Assembly: GCF_006345805.1 (NCBI RefSeq)
Contig: NC_043001.1
Span: 22,010,001 to 22,074,000 of the forward strand
DNA: 64,000 nt
Source: Octopus sinensis
Taxonomy: Eukaryota
Direction: 5' to 3'
The notes under the pieces are model-generated. The model worked only from the letters and a program-made list of their open reading frames with translations, did no database searches and was not told the origin of the DNA. Of this stretch, positions 12,345 through 24,915 are shown one piece after another. The translations under genes and the position numbers were made by a program. How positions within the stretch are numbered: position 1 is the first letter of the stretch; every line of letters begins with the position of its first letter.

Positions 12345-12693
12345 TATCATCATCATCATCATCGTTTAACGTCCGCTTTCCATGCTAGCATGGGTTGGAC
12401 GTATGACTAAGGGCTGGTGAACCAGATGGCTGCACCAGGCTTCAATCTTCATCTGGCAGAGTTTCCACAGCTGAATGCCCTTCCTAACGCCAACCACTCC
12501 GAGAGTGTAGTGGGTGCTTTTTACATGCCACCGGCATGGGGCCAGTCAGGCGGCACTGGCAACGACCTCGCTCGAATCTTTTACTCATGCCACAGGCACG
12601 GGTGCCAGTAAGGCGATGCTGGTAACAATCACACTCGAATGGTGTCTTTTTTGTGCCACCGGTATGGAGGCCAGATAGCCGCTCTGGCAGCGA

Positions 12694-12695
<2 letters not shown>
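12345..12695 (-). mobile_element. SINE family C with internal subrepeats
   Basis: (CAT)n tail then cgtttaacgtccgctttccatgctagc; gtgctttttac/gcac subrepeats. Confidence 0.85.
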
Positions 12696-12728
<33 letters not shown>

Positions 12729-13082
12729 GTGACTGTGTGGCTCCTATAGTCCTAGTTGACCAAAACCTTGTGAGTGAATTTGTTTGGTAGAAACTGTTTG
12801 TGGGTTTGTGTCTCCTTGATTTAACATTGCATGATTCTTGTAAATGAGTGTCGCTGTCATAGAGACAGTAGCATCCATTTCCAATATTCTGTGAAAACAT
12901 GGCTGAGCATGAGGAAATATTAACTTGATTAGAAACAAGTGAATGTTGGCAACAGAAAGAGCATCAAGCCACAAAAAAAATCTGCCTCGTTAAAAACTCC
13001 ATCTGACCCATGCCAGCATGGAGAAACAGATGTTAAAATGATGACGCTGATGTTTAAAATATTGTTTGTGCTCTGTTTTTAG

Positions 13083-13189
13083 CAATTGTAAAATCCCCGC
13101 TGGCAGGTGACTTCATTATCATGGAAAGCAAGAAAATGTGTGAAGAACTTGATATTGAGATTGTCCCGCCATACCTTATACGTGCAAAG
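13083..13189 (+). CDS. ACTL6A: ACTL6/BAF53 internal exon, 107 nt
   Basis: tttttag acceptor, gtaagg donor; [35 protein letters not shown] versus human [35 protein letters not shown]; phase fits previous exon. Confidence 0.97.
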
Positions 13190-13254
13190 GTAAGGAGTGT
13201 TTTTTTTTTGTTTTTAGAAAAATTGAATAATAATAATAATTGTAGTACCAGGCA

Positions 13255-13785
13255 GTGGCTCTCATGGCTTCTGATCTTAACTGATTGGAAGTGTTATAAT
13301 GTACATTGTTTTGTCTCGGTATAAAGATGGGCTACAGCAAATATTCTGCTCAATACTACAGATTTGCTTGTCAGTTGCTTAATCTTAACTAGTTGAGCAT
13401 GTCCCTTAGTGGCTGACGATATGTGCAGCTCTGATCACGAGCAGAAGTAGTGGTGGGGCATCGTAACCATGTGTTGAGAGGAATTCTTTGGGGTTTGGAT
13501 AATTCACCTCTGGAAACATAGGTGTTTTGTTCAGCATCTTTAAACGACCCTTATTCAGGGACTTTCTGAGCGGGATGGGTTACTCGACCTGAAGAAAATT
13601 CTAACTGGGCCCCACATGCACTGTTTATCTTGATATGAGATTTCCATGTTGTGCACATATGGTTGTGATGCATGTGCCTGGTGTATCTTTATCAGATGGG
13701 TATACTGGGCTTTGTATATTTTACCCTAGTGTCACTTTGATGGCATGCTCTGCTCTCTCACTCAATTATAATAATAATAATTGGT
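13255..13785 (+). mobile_element. Interspersed repeat family E (unclassified, (TAA)n-flanked)
   Basis: Inverted partial second copy at about 53720-53965; taataataataattg on both sides. Confidence 0.6.
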
Positions 13786-14044
13786 GCATTGGGAACTGTG
13801 AGCAAAGCTATAGACAAATGGTTGACAGAGGTTGGAATAGAATACCCTGTAGAGCTTCTACAGAAAGTTTGCCTCTTCGCGACAGGAAAGATTAACAGGA
13901 GGGTCTTAAGTACTTGAAAGACTATTGAAAGTTTGCTGATGCTTAAGTTTAAGTTTACCCACTGCCCATGTAAATTCTACCAAGAATAAGAACAAAGCTG
14001 AGCCAAATCAATCAAAAATAATAAAAACATCGATAATAATAGTA

Positions 14045-14594
14045 CTTAATTGTACTTGTGATGGCATTCACCCAGGGCGGGTTGAACCGGCTTCTTCTCT
14101 GTTCCTAATGGCATCACGAACCATGGTGGCCTACACTCGACGGTCCTGTGCAAGGTCACTGGAGATAGCGAGCCATTTGTGGTTCCATCTGCGCAGACCG
14201 GCCACCTGCGGACCTGAGAGTTCGGAGAGGTCTTCCTTTATCGTTGTTGCCCGGGACTTCAGCTGCCTACCGTGTGTTTGTGCATGACCGAAGCACTGAA
14301 GGGAGGGGCTGGAGATTCAGGCGATGACAAAGACCAGCTGTAGGAACCTGATCAATGCATCGGCAGCGAAGAATGTGGCGGAGACAGTCATTGTCGAACA
14401 CCTCCAGCCTTCGCTGATCGATTCCCCTCATAGGCCATGTTTCACAACCATAGAGGAGGATAGTACAAACGACGGCCCGGTAGATTCGCCCTTTGGTCTC
14501 CGAGGAGATCTCTCTTCTGTCCCACAGGCACCGCTGGAGGCGCACGAAAGCAGATCTGGCAGCACCTATGTGACGCTTGACCTTGAGCGAGCGA
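14045..14594 (-). mobile_element. RTE LINE 3' fragment with TSD
   Basis: IGAARSAFVRLQRCLWDRREISSETKGRIYRAVV..LLYGCETW; C-terminus AQDRR..AGSTRPG*; acaagtaca tail; 12-bp TSD ATAATAATAGTA at 14033-14044 and 14595-14606. Confidence 0.9.
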
Positions 14595-14659
14595 ATAATA
14601 ATAGTAGTAATTGAAAGGTAAAAGAATGAAGTTAATGGAGTCTTTAGACTTGAATAGTA

Positions 14660-14945
14660 ACCTAATAAAATCCTCTCTGTACTTGACTGGCTTCCGTGCA
14701 GGTGGCACGTAAAATGCGCCAATCCGACCGTGGCCGATGCCAGCCTCGCCTGGCACCAGTGCAGGTGGCACGTAAAAAGCACCCACTACACTCACGGAGT
14801 GGTTGGCGTTAGGAAGGGCATCCAGCTGTAGAAACATTGCCAGATAAGACCGGAGCCTGGTGCAGCCTTCTGGCTTCCCAGATCCCCGGTCGAACCATCC
14901 AACCCATGCTAGCATGGAGAACGGACGTTAAACGATGATGATGTT
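14660..14945 (+). mobile_element. SINE family C
   Basis: ggcacgtaaaa..gcac subrepeats, ttggcgttaggaagggcatcc core, (TGA)n tail. Confidence 0.85.
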
Positions 14946-15171
14946 GTAGCTTGTGGAACAGGTGATAGAAATTATATCTTAGCTTGTATTAAACCAATTT
15001 ATTCTTGCAATTTCAACCAGACGGGGAAATGTCAACGTCTAAAGTTGTCTGGAGGATTCCTATGCATTTTATTCGCAACAAATTAATTAATTTGAACACA
15101 GAATTCCTTTGTAAAGTTAAATTTTGGTACTTAAATTCCCATTTGTTGCATCATTAAGGTTTTATGTTTAA

Positions 15172-15391
15172 CCCTTTAGTGTTCAGATTATTCTGTCAAA
15201 TGTGATGTTTGTTTATTTATATTGTTTTGAATTAATCCTGCATTATCTTGTAATTTAGAGATTTCAGTGATGCTATTTTTTAGTTTTAGAACGACATTGT
15301 AGGGCTGAGGTGAGAGGCGAGAGCTGGTCAGTTTCAATATAAAACAGGTTAAATATTTTGGCCGGATATGGCCGGTTTGAATGCTAAAGGG
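15172..15391. mobile_element. piggyBac-like MITE (second family)
   Basis: TTAA|CCCTTTAG ... CTAAAGGG|TTAA; further copies at 56097 and 59302. Confidence 0.85.
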
Positions 15392-15804
15392 TTAAAATAA
15401 CTCTGCCAGCAGATATTTGAAATTTTTCTTACAAGGTGCTGTGAAAGGAAAGAAAGAAGAGGTTAGATTTTATTGTACCTCAGGAGAATTGTTATACCCG
15501 TAATAAACACATGCATTGGTTCTATTTCACTTCTCTTATTGTTGTTAGTCACTTAGTCAACCAATTAACTAATAGATAGTTTATTTAATTGTTTGGTCAG
15601 TTGGTTTGGTTTGCTGAAGTCCCTTCTTTGCCATTTGCAACCTCATCAGTGAGATGCCCTCTCTACAACAAGTCTACTACAGCTTCTCCATGATCAAACA
15701 GCCCTAGAATAGAAAGGGTGTGTCATTGATGAGGTTGATTGATTGACTGAATGATTAATTAAACAATCAGTTTGTTTATTGGTTAAATGATTAACTAATA
15801 TAGG

Positions 15805-15922
15805 CATAGGAGTGACTGTGTGGTAAGTAGTTTGCTTACCAACCACATGGTTCTGGGTTCAGTCCCACTGTATGGCACCTTGTGAGTGGATTTGGTAGAC
15901 GGAAACTGAAAGAAGCCCGTCC

Positions 15923-15987
<65 letters not shown>

Positions 15988-16307
15988 ATATGTACCGGAG
16001 CCTGGTGCAGCCTTCTGGCTTCCCAGATCCCCGGTCAAACCGTCCAACCCATGCTAGCATGGAGAACGGACGTTAAACGATGATGATGTATGTATGTGTG
16101 TGTGTGTATACGTTTGTGTGCCTGTGTTTGGCCCCCCAACATCGCCTGTCAACCGATGCTGGTGTGTTACGCCCGCATATCTTAGCGGTTCGGCAAAAGT
16201 GACTGATAGAATAAGTCCTGGGGGCGATTTGCTCGACTAAAGGCGGTGCTCCAGCATGGCCACAGTCAAATGACTGAAACAAGTAAAAGAATAAAGAGTA
16301 AATGACT
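15805..16307 (+). mobile_element. SINE family A with a family C fragment nested in its (TA)n tract
   Basis: tRNA-like head ggcataggagtgactgtgtggtaag..ggttcagtccc; family C tail at about 15996-16090; family A body resumes afterwards. Confidence 0.8.
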
Positions 16308-17515
16308 AACAACAATAATAAGATGTAAATGAAATAGAACCAGTGTATGTTTATTATCGGCATAATGACCCTCACAACTTACAACAAAATCTGTTTCAGT
16401 ACGAGTTCACATCAAGAATTTTGCCATCCAAATAAAAAGGGGCTAGATGCAAAAAATTAGGTTAGATTCTGTTTTATGTTTAAGTCTTTCTATACAATGT
16501 GGGCTTAACCACATTTCTCTGTTAAGGAGCATAAGGCCAGTTTTCTGGTTTCTGTAGTGTGTAATACTCCTCCCTGGATGGGATGCTAGTCTGTTGCAGG
16601 ATTCCTCATTTTTACCAGCTGAATGGACTGCAGCAACTTGAAATGAAGTGTTTTGCTCAACAACACACTACACCACGTGGTCCAGGAATTGAAACCACAA
16701 TGTTATGATCAGGAGTCCAACACCCTAACCACTAAGCCATGCACCTCCACTTCCTATACAAATGATTAGAGAAAATTCATCAGGATGTAAAACAAGGGAG
16801 ATGACAAAGGACATGACAGGTGGAGAGATGTAGAGTTGGAATGAACCCAGGGCTGCATAAATACTAATGGTTACTTTGGAACTTATGTCTGTCATGAACT
16901 TCAGGACTCATCAGGCCAGAGCTTATCACAGTTCTCATGGAGTATAAGTGACCAAGAGTGAAGGAACATGGCTTAGTGGTTAGGGTATTCTACTCACAAT
17001 CATGAAGTCATGTGTTTGATTCCCAGCTGTGCATCGTGTCTTTGAGCAAGGCTCTTGTATTTCATGTTACTCTAATCCACTTGACTGGCAAAAATGAGTT
17101 GTAATTCAAAGGACCGGCCTTGTTACACTGAATTTCCTTGAGAAATGCATTAAGAGTATGCGTGTCTGTGGAGTGCTCAACCACTTGCAAGTTGATTTCA
17201 TGAGCAAGCTGTTCTGTTGATCAGATCAGCTGGAACCCTTGTCATTGTAACTGACAGAGGGAGTACCAGTTTAAGTGACTGAGATTACAACACCCACCCC
17301 TGTATGGGATGTTGGTCTGTTAGTTTTAACTTCCCAGATATTGCTGGAACTCAAAGTTGAGTGGACTGGAGCATTGTGAAATGAATTGTTTTGCTCAAGA
17401 ACACAATGCATTGCCCAGCTCTTGAATTGAAACCACAGTCTTACAATTGTGGGAATAACACCCTAACAACTAAGCCACACTCCTTGAATAGCTGTCTAGC
17501 TATTCAATAAATATT

Positions 17516-18105
17516 GGATCTTTACCTTTTTTGACCTACAGATTTAAAAAATAATTTTTTGTAACTAAACATTTTCAAACTTTGAACACTGGTAGAATGT
17601 GTCATATAAAACATGTTTTACTCTGAGCATTGTTAAGAAAAACTTATATTTACAAAGTAATTTCACGTTAAAGTGGGCTTATTTCGGTAATTTCAACCAA
17701 TCAATGACGTGTATTCAGCTGTTTATCAACGACTATCGGCAGTGTATTTTTCGTTTGTCATTGTTATTTATGACATCGTTTGTGCGTTTGTACTGGTTTT
17801 AGCTTTAAGGCTTCAAGGTTAGGGTTGTCATAAATAACAGTGACAGACGAAAAATACACTGCAGGAAGTTCTTGTTGACAAACAATGGCAGTAATTTTAT
17901 TCAGCTGAATACAGGTCATTGATTGGTTGAAATTACCGAAATACTACAACTTTAACGTGAAATTATTTCATAAATATAAGCTTTTCTCAAAAATGCTAAG
18001 AGTAAAACATGTTTTATATGACACATTCTACCAGTGTTCAAAGTTTGAAAATGTTTAGTTACAAAAAATTATTTGTTAAATCTGTGGGTCAAAAGGTAAA
18101 GCTCC
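17516..18105. mobile_element. Foldback MITE, near-palindromic over 590 bp
   Basis: Arms of about 200 bp are reverse complements, with a further internal IR; internal sequence shared with the 8216 element. Confidence 0.88.
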
Positions 18106-18220
18106 TAAATATTTAGCAAGATTCAATACCAACATGTCAAATAACAAAGTCTAAGCCATGACATGGTACAACCTTGTTCATGTGACACCAATCAGCAGCT
18201 GGTGATAGGTTCTTCTAGAT

Positions 18221-18527
18221 CAGTGGTTCTCAACCACTTTCTATCTATGGACCCCTTTGTTTACTATTTTATTCTAGTGGACCATTCGATGTCTAAAAAC
18301 TAGTTTTATAGATAACTCTTTCAAAATTCCTATTTTATTTGTCACACATTAACTTGTGCAGGACGAACTATGTAAAACATTAGGGAAAGAAATCTTGTTC
18401 CTTGCAATAAATACATCTAATCAAAATTTTTCATGGACCCTTAAAATACTACTGTGGATTTCCAATTAACTACTTTGCCTGCATGGACCCCCAAAAATCT
18501 TATATGAATCCTGGTTGAAAACCAGTG
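18221..18527. mobile_element. hAT (Charlie/Buster-type) MITE
   Basis: TIR cagtggttctcaacc / ggttgaaaaccagtg; 8-bp TSD TTCTAGAT, matching the NTCTAGAN consensus. Confidence 0.92.
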
Positions 18528-19075
18528 TTCTAGATCCTTCTTGAACATCTTAGTTCAAGGGTTATAAATAGGCTTCGAGTGCCAACTTGGCAGAATGTCG
18601 TAGACGTCTGGGCAGAATGCCGTCTTCACTGTTGCTGATCTTAATTGAGTAAAGACTGGCTGATTCATTCACTTTCTGGCTTTTAAACTGTTATTCAACC
18701 TTATGGACAGCAGCTAAAGTTTTGCAAACATGCTGCTATAGTTTTATGATGTGAATCCTGTGAGTATATTTTCTCCTGTCTTGGCAAGCTTAAGTAGAGA
18801 GCTTTTGTAATCAGCTATTTATAAATACTGCAGAATTATTCTTTCAATTGTGTTGACTCTTGGAAACTTCCTAATTCACGACCCACCTAAATATCACTTG
18901 TGCTGTGAATAAATGTTATTTGAATGTTTGCATGTTGTTGTTATATCATTCACACACAGCCTTACCTACAAAACACTATTTGCAACAGACCCAAACAAAA
19001 GCTTATGTTTCTTAAAGTTGTAAAATTGAATTTTCCAAGATATCTATCACTAATTAATTTTCAATTTAATTCCAG

Positions 19076-19162
19076 GAACCTGTACAAGAGAATGAATCAC
19101 CTAAATATGTAAAAAGGGAAGTTCCTGAAGTTACTAAATCATTCCATAACTATATGGTCAAG
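19076..19162 (+). CDS. ACTL6A: ACTL6/BAF53 internal exon, 87 nt
   Basis: ttccag acceptor, gtaaat donor; EPVQENESPKYVKREVPEVTKSFHNYMVK aligns to the Arp4 insertion [30 protein letters not shown]. Confidence 0.93.
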
Positions 19163-19204
19163 GTAAATTTCTTTGGTATTTCACTAATTTCTTACATAAA
19201 CGTA

Positions 19205-19572
19205 GGCGTAGGAGTGGCTGTGTGGTAAGTAGCTTACTTACTAACCACATGGTTCCGGGTTCAGTCCCACTGCATGGCACCTTGGGCAAGTGTCTTCTAC
19301 TATAGCCTCGGGCCGACCAAAGCCTTGTGAGTTGATTTGGTAGATGGAAACTGAAAGAAGCCCGTCGTATATATTTATGTGTGTGTGTTTGTCCCCCCCA
19401 ACATCGCTTGACAACCGATGCTGGTATGTTTATGTCCCCGTAACTTAGCGGTTCGGCAAAACAGACCAATAGATTAAGTAACTGGGCTTACAAAGAATAA
19501 GTCTTGGGGTCGATTTGCTCGACTAAAGGCGGTGCTCCAGCATGGCCACAGTCAAATGACTGAAACAAGTAG
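19205..19572 (+). mobile_element. SINE family A (tRNA-derived, Deu/Nin-like core), full length
   Basis: ggcgtaggagtggctgtgtggtaag head, gcaccttgggcaagtgtcttctactatagcc core, cagcatggccacagtcaaatgactgaaacaagt tail; starts 42 bp after an exon. Confidence 0.88.
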
Positions 19573-20302
19573 AAGTGTAAACACTACTGTGTATCTAAGT
19601 AGGGCTTCTGTCAGTCAAGATTGACCATGTATCTGTACATGTTCATGCAGGCCTGAGCAAGATCTTTTTTTTTTGTGGAAGGCTGGTTGCTGTACATGCT
19701 TGCAAGTCACTTTCTTGACAAATTGGTGCCACGTACGAAGCGTCCATGCTGGTGTTACATAAAAAGTGTTAATGCTGGTGACATGTAAAAATTATTCATG
19801 CTGGTGTCAAATAAAAAGCACCCAGTACACTCTGTAAAGTGGTTGGCATTAGGAAGGGCATCCAGCTGTAGAAACCATGCCAAACCAAACAAGTGGATAT
19901 CCTGGTGCAGCTCTCCAACTTACCAGCTTCTGTCAAACCATCCAACCCATGCCAGCATTGAAAACAGACTTTGAATGATGATGTTGATGCAGCAGTTAAG
20001 AAGTTTGCTTCAGTTTCATTACATGGCATCTTGGGCAAATGTCTTCTACTATAGCTGTGGACTGACTAAAGCCTTGTTAGTGGATTTGGTAAACTGAAAG
20101 AAACCCTTGTATGTATGTGTGTTTGTGCCTCCTTGTCTTGACTGTATTTTCTAGGTGCAAACAATTGTCACTGTCATAAGTGGTGCCCCTCATTTCCAGT
20201 CTTCCATAAAAACATGTCTGATCGGGGGGTGGGGGTGGATATGACCCTGCTTGGAAAAGATAAGGTTGGCAACAAGAGCTGAGGCTTTATATAGCTATGG
20301 TG

Positions 20303-20757
20303 TGACCTCACCTGGAATTTGCATCACCGATCTGGAACCCCTATCTTGCCCAGGATATTAATTGTCTGGAAGCCGTTCAGCGACGTGCAATCAAGAGAAT
20401 ACCCTCCATCAGGCATTTGCCATATTCTGAACGCCTTACTTCCCTGGGCATGGATACATTGAAACTCCGACGTCTGGCAACTGACTTGGCAGACACCCAT
20501 AAAATTATTAACCATCTTACTAACAATAACTCTGAGCACCTTTTCAAACTCCACCTGTCTAACACCCGTAGACATGTTTACAAAGTCAGAAAACAGCACA
20601 GCTCCCATGACTTTCGGAAACATTTTTTCACGCTGAGAGTTGCTGAAGCATGGAACAAACTGCCAGCATCAATTGTTAGTTGTCGGAGCACTGCATCCTT
20701 CAAAACTTCCATGCTTCCTGAGATTCTGCAACAATTTCATTATTATTATTATTATTT
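20303..20757 (+). mobile_element. CR1-clade LINE 3' fragment lacking most of the 3'UTR
   Basis: HLEFASPIWNPYLAQDINCLEAVQRRA..LPYSERLTSLGMDTLKLRRL; joins directly to the (ATT)n tail. Confidence 0.9.
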
Positions 20758-21757
20758 AAAAGCATCAAACCATAGATACTTTGCCTCAAAAAACTCCAAC
20801 TGACCCATGCCAGCATGGAAAAACGGATGTGACAGCCATGATGATGATAGAACATTGAATAGAATATTTTTCAGTGTTTTTTGGGTCCCCGAGTTCAAAT
20901 CTCATCAAGGTTACCTTTGGCTTTTGTCATTTTGGGATCAGTAAAAATATATCAATCCAAGGCAGTAAATTAGTACGACTGCTAGAGTGTCAGATATACC
21001 TTGTAGTTTTTGTTCTGAATCTTTGTCTTATAACAGCAATGACTGATGTTAAGCTGTATTGACCCTAAGACAGCTTTATTTCTTTAGGGCTGTTTTGTAC
21101 GTTTTGAAATAAATACAATTAAAAGGCTTAGGCATGGCTATGTGGTTAAGAAATTCTCTTTGCTACCATGCAGATTCAGATTCTGTCTCATTGCACAACA
21201 TCTTGGACAAGTATTTCCTACTATAGTCCTTGGTTGACCAATGTCTTGTGAATGACTTTGATAGAAACTGTGTGGAAACCTATTGTGTGTGCCTTGTGTG
21301 TGAATTTGGCACACGGAAACTGTGAAAGCCTATGCATGAGTGTGTACATATACAGACACACACACACACTAAGATATAATAGTAAAATAATATATTATGA
21401 TATATTAAATACATTGTAATATAGGTGGCTGTTGCAATGGAAACCAAAAAGGCAAAATTCATAAATAAGGGTGCAAAATAAGAGCTAAAAATATAACTTG
21501 AATAGCTTCACAAAATCACCAGCCTCATGGGACTGCAAGTGGCACAACATCTTTCTTTGGTGCAATAAACTCGCCAAATGAAGTAGTTTGAGGTATATAT
21601 ATATTGGCATCAGGAAAGGCATCCAGCTGTAGAAACATTGCCAGATCAGACTGGGCCTGGTGCAGCCTTCTGGCTTCCCAGACCCTAGTTGAACCGTCCA
21701 ACCCATGCTAGCATGGAAAGCGGACGCTAAATGATGATCATGATGATGATGTTTCTC

Positions 21758-22164
21758 AGGGCGGTGAGCTGGGAGAATCATTAGCACGCCAGGTGAAATA
21801 CTTAGTGGTATTTCGTCTGCCGTTAGGTTCTGAGTTCAAATTCCGCCGAGGTCGACTTTGCCTTTCATCCTTTCGGGGTCGATAAATTAAGTACCTGTTA
21901 CGCACTGGGGTCGATGTAATCGACTTAATCCGTTTGTCTGTCCTTGTTTGTCCCCTCTGTGTTTAGCCCCTTGTGGGTATTAAAGAAATAGGTATTTCGT
22001 TTGTCTCTGAATTCAAATTCTGGCGAGGTTGGCATTGCCTTTCATCCTTTTGGGGTCGATTAAATAAGTACCAGTTATGCACTGGGGTTGATGTAATCGA
22101 ATTAATCTCTTTGTCTGTCCTTGTTTGTTCCCTCTATGTTTAGCCCCCTGTGGGCAATAAAGAA

Positions 22165-22168
<4 letters not shown>
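21758..22168 (+). mobile_element. SINE family B dimer
   Basis: Two consecutive cores joined at aaagaaataggtatttcgt. Confidence 0.82.
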
Positions 22169-22197
<29 letters not shown>

Positions 22198-22456
22198 TTT
22201 CTGTCCCACAGCTTGACAACCAGTGCTGGTTTGTTTACATCCCTATCCTAGCTGTTCAACAAAAGAGACTTAGTACTTAAATATAAGTACCAGGGTGGCA
22301 TGAATTGTTTAAGTTAGCCTTTCAATGCAATACCACAGCATGACTGCAACCCAATGACTGAAACAAATAAACGATAAAAAATACAATATTTGATGACTTT
22401 TGCGTTTTTAACCTGATTCTACATCAATTAATTTATTCCTTTTTATTTCTTCCTAG

Positions 22457-22518
22457 GATGTCCTTCAAGACTTTGTTGCTACTGTTTTGCAAGTGTCTGA
22501 TAGTCCTTATGAAGATAG
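22457..22518 (+). CDS. ACTL6A: ACTL6/BAF53 internal exon, 62 nt
   Basis: ttcctag acceptor, gtagag donor; DVLQDFVATVLQVSDSPYED versus human [20 protein letters not shown]. Confidence 0.95.
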
Positions 22519-23264
22519 GTAGAGTATTATCCTTATGGGTTTCATCTATATTTTTCTTCTTTTAACCATTTGTCATCTATAATGGTTTATTTTCATAAGA
22601 CAGTGGGAGACTGAGATATTTCTTGCATTCAAATAATAACACTTTGTAAGATTGGCACTTAGCTACAATGTATTGTGGGAGGGTGTAGTTGATCCAGTCA
22701 GACCAGCATTTGGCTGGGGAATGAATTACTTTAGCAACCTGAAAAAATGGTGAAAATATGAAAATTGACCGAATGAAACTTGAATTAAGAACTTAGAAGG
22801 GAGATAACCAATATTGATATAGATTCAAGCATTTAAGCTTATCAGGAAGCTTATGACAATTCTATTATGAGAAATAGTAGCAGAATCACAGTAAGTGTTT
22901 TGGTCTGTAGATTTTAAAATATGTTGAATCATTTCAAATGCTCTTTAATTTGAAGTTCGTGGATCCAAGTTATGTGGTTAAGAAGCTCATTTTGCAACCT
23001 TGTGGTTTTGGGTTCAGTCCAACTGCACAGCATCTTGGGCTAGTGGCTTCTACAACCCCAGGTTGAGCTTTGTGAGTGAATTTGGTCGATGGAAATTGTG
23101 TGGAATCCTATCATATATATATAGTTTACAGATTAGAGACTGGTATTTTTTGTATAGAATAGGCATTGTAGTACTCAAGAGATTTGAACTTGAGCAGGTA
23201 GAGGAGTAAGTGTAAGGACAAGCAATTTAGGCGAGTTGATAGAGAAAAAATATTAAATACATTT

Positions 23265-23450
23265 AATACAAAAAAAATGTATATAAGTATACATATAAAA
23301 AATGTCTGACTTACACAGAATGGAAGTGATATCAGAAATTAACGAGTTTTACAAGTAAAACTCCTACTCAATCCCCTTAATTCCTGATACCGTTTCCATT
23401 CTGTGTAAGTTAAAAATTTTTTTATATGTACATATATGTATATTTTTGTA
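23265..23450. repeat. Foldback/MITE-like inverted repeat
   Basis: gacttacacagaatggaa..gatatcagaaattaa versus ttaattcctgatac..ttccattctgtgtaagtt; central palindrome GAGTTTTAC-AA-GTAAAACTC. Confidence 0.7.
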
Positions 23451-24338
23451 TTTGATATTGTTTCTATATTGAATTGCCTGACTTGCTTGTCCTTTCATTT
23501 ACACCTAAATATAATAAATATATATATAGTTTACAGTTCCAATTTAGGTAGGATCAATAAAAAAAAATGTACTCTATCCTGTGAGAGAGAGAAAGAGGTA
23601 CTTAAAGTATGAAACTATCAGTAGTTCTTTTGAAATTGTGTATATTAATGATATATATATATATATATCACGTAAAAGCACCCACTCCACTCTTGGAGTG
23701 GTTGGCATTAGGAAGCGCATCAATCTGTAGAAACTCTGCCAAATCAGATTGGAGTCTGGTGCAGCCATCTGGCTCACCAGTGCCCAGTCAAACTGTCCAA
23801 CCCATGCCAGCATGGAAAGTGGACGTTAAACAATGATGATTATGATATATATATAAGCACATACATGTGTGTGTGTATGTTTGTTACACTGCACTATCAC
23901 TTGACAACTACCATTGGTTTTTGGACATCCCAGTAACTTAGTTGTGTAGCAAAAGAGTCTGATAGAATAAGTACCAGGCTTAAAAAACAAGTACTGGGGT
24001 TAATTTGTTTGACTAAAGCCCTTCAAGATAGTGCTCCAGCATGGCTGCAGCCCAATGACTGAAACAAATAAGATAAAACAGCAAATTTATTTGTTTTTTT
24101 TAAAATAAATTTGGTATCTACTATTTCTGACACTCTCTACTATATTGACATTTTAATTCTTCACAGCAAATAAATTTTTTCAGTATGTATGATAAATAAG
24201 ACATTATATATAATCCTTTAGCATTCAAACTAGCCATATCCAGCCCAGATATTCTGTTTTATATCCAAGCCAGCCAAATCAGGCCTCTTGCACCTACTCC
24301 ACAATATCATTCTAAAAATATATTATCACATTATAATA

Positions 24339-24750
24339 GGCACAAGAGTGGCTGTGTGGTAAGTAGCTTGCTTACCAACCACATGGTTCTTGGTTCAGTC
24401 CCACTGCGTGGCATCTTGGGCAAGTGTCTTCTACTATAGCCTCGGGCCGACCAAAGCCTTGTGAGTGGATTTGGTAGACGGAAACTGAAAGAAGCCCATC
24501 GTATATATGTATACATATATATATATGTATGTGTGTGTATATGTTTGTATGTCTGTGTTTGTCCCCCCAACATTGTTTGACAACCGATGCTGGTGTGTCC
24601 CTGTAACTTACGGTTCAACGAAAGAGACTGATAGAATAAGTACTAGGCTTACAAAGAATAAGTCCTGGGGGTCGATTTACTCGAATAAAGGCGGTGCTTC
24701 AGCATGGCCACAGTCAAATGACTGAAACAATTAAAAGGGAGTAAAAGAAA
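24339..24750 (+). mobile_element. SINE family A
   Basis: Full head, core and tail as at 19205. Confidence 0.88.
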
Positions 24751-24915
24751 AAGAGACATCCTCAAAATCTTGAAGTCACAAGCTTATACAAAACAGTGTG
24801 AATAGATAAGCATTATGTTTGGCCTGGTAACCTAAATGCTAAAGGATTAATTGCACTTTTTACATGTCTTCATAATCTTTCTGATATTTCCTATATCAAT
24901 TTGTTTCTTCTCCAG

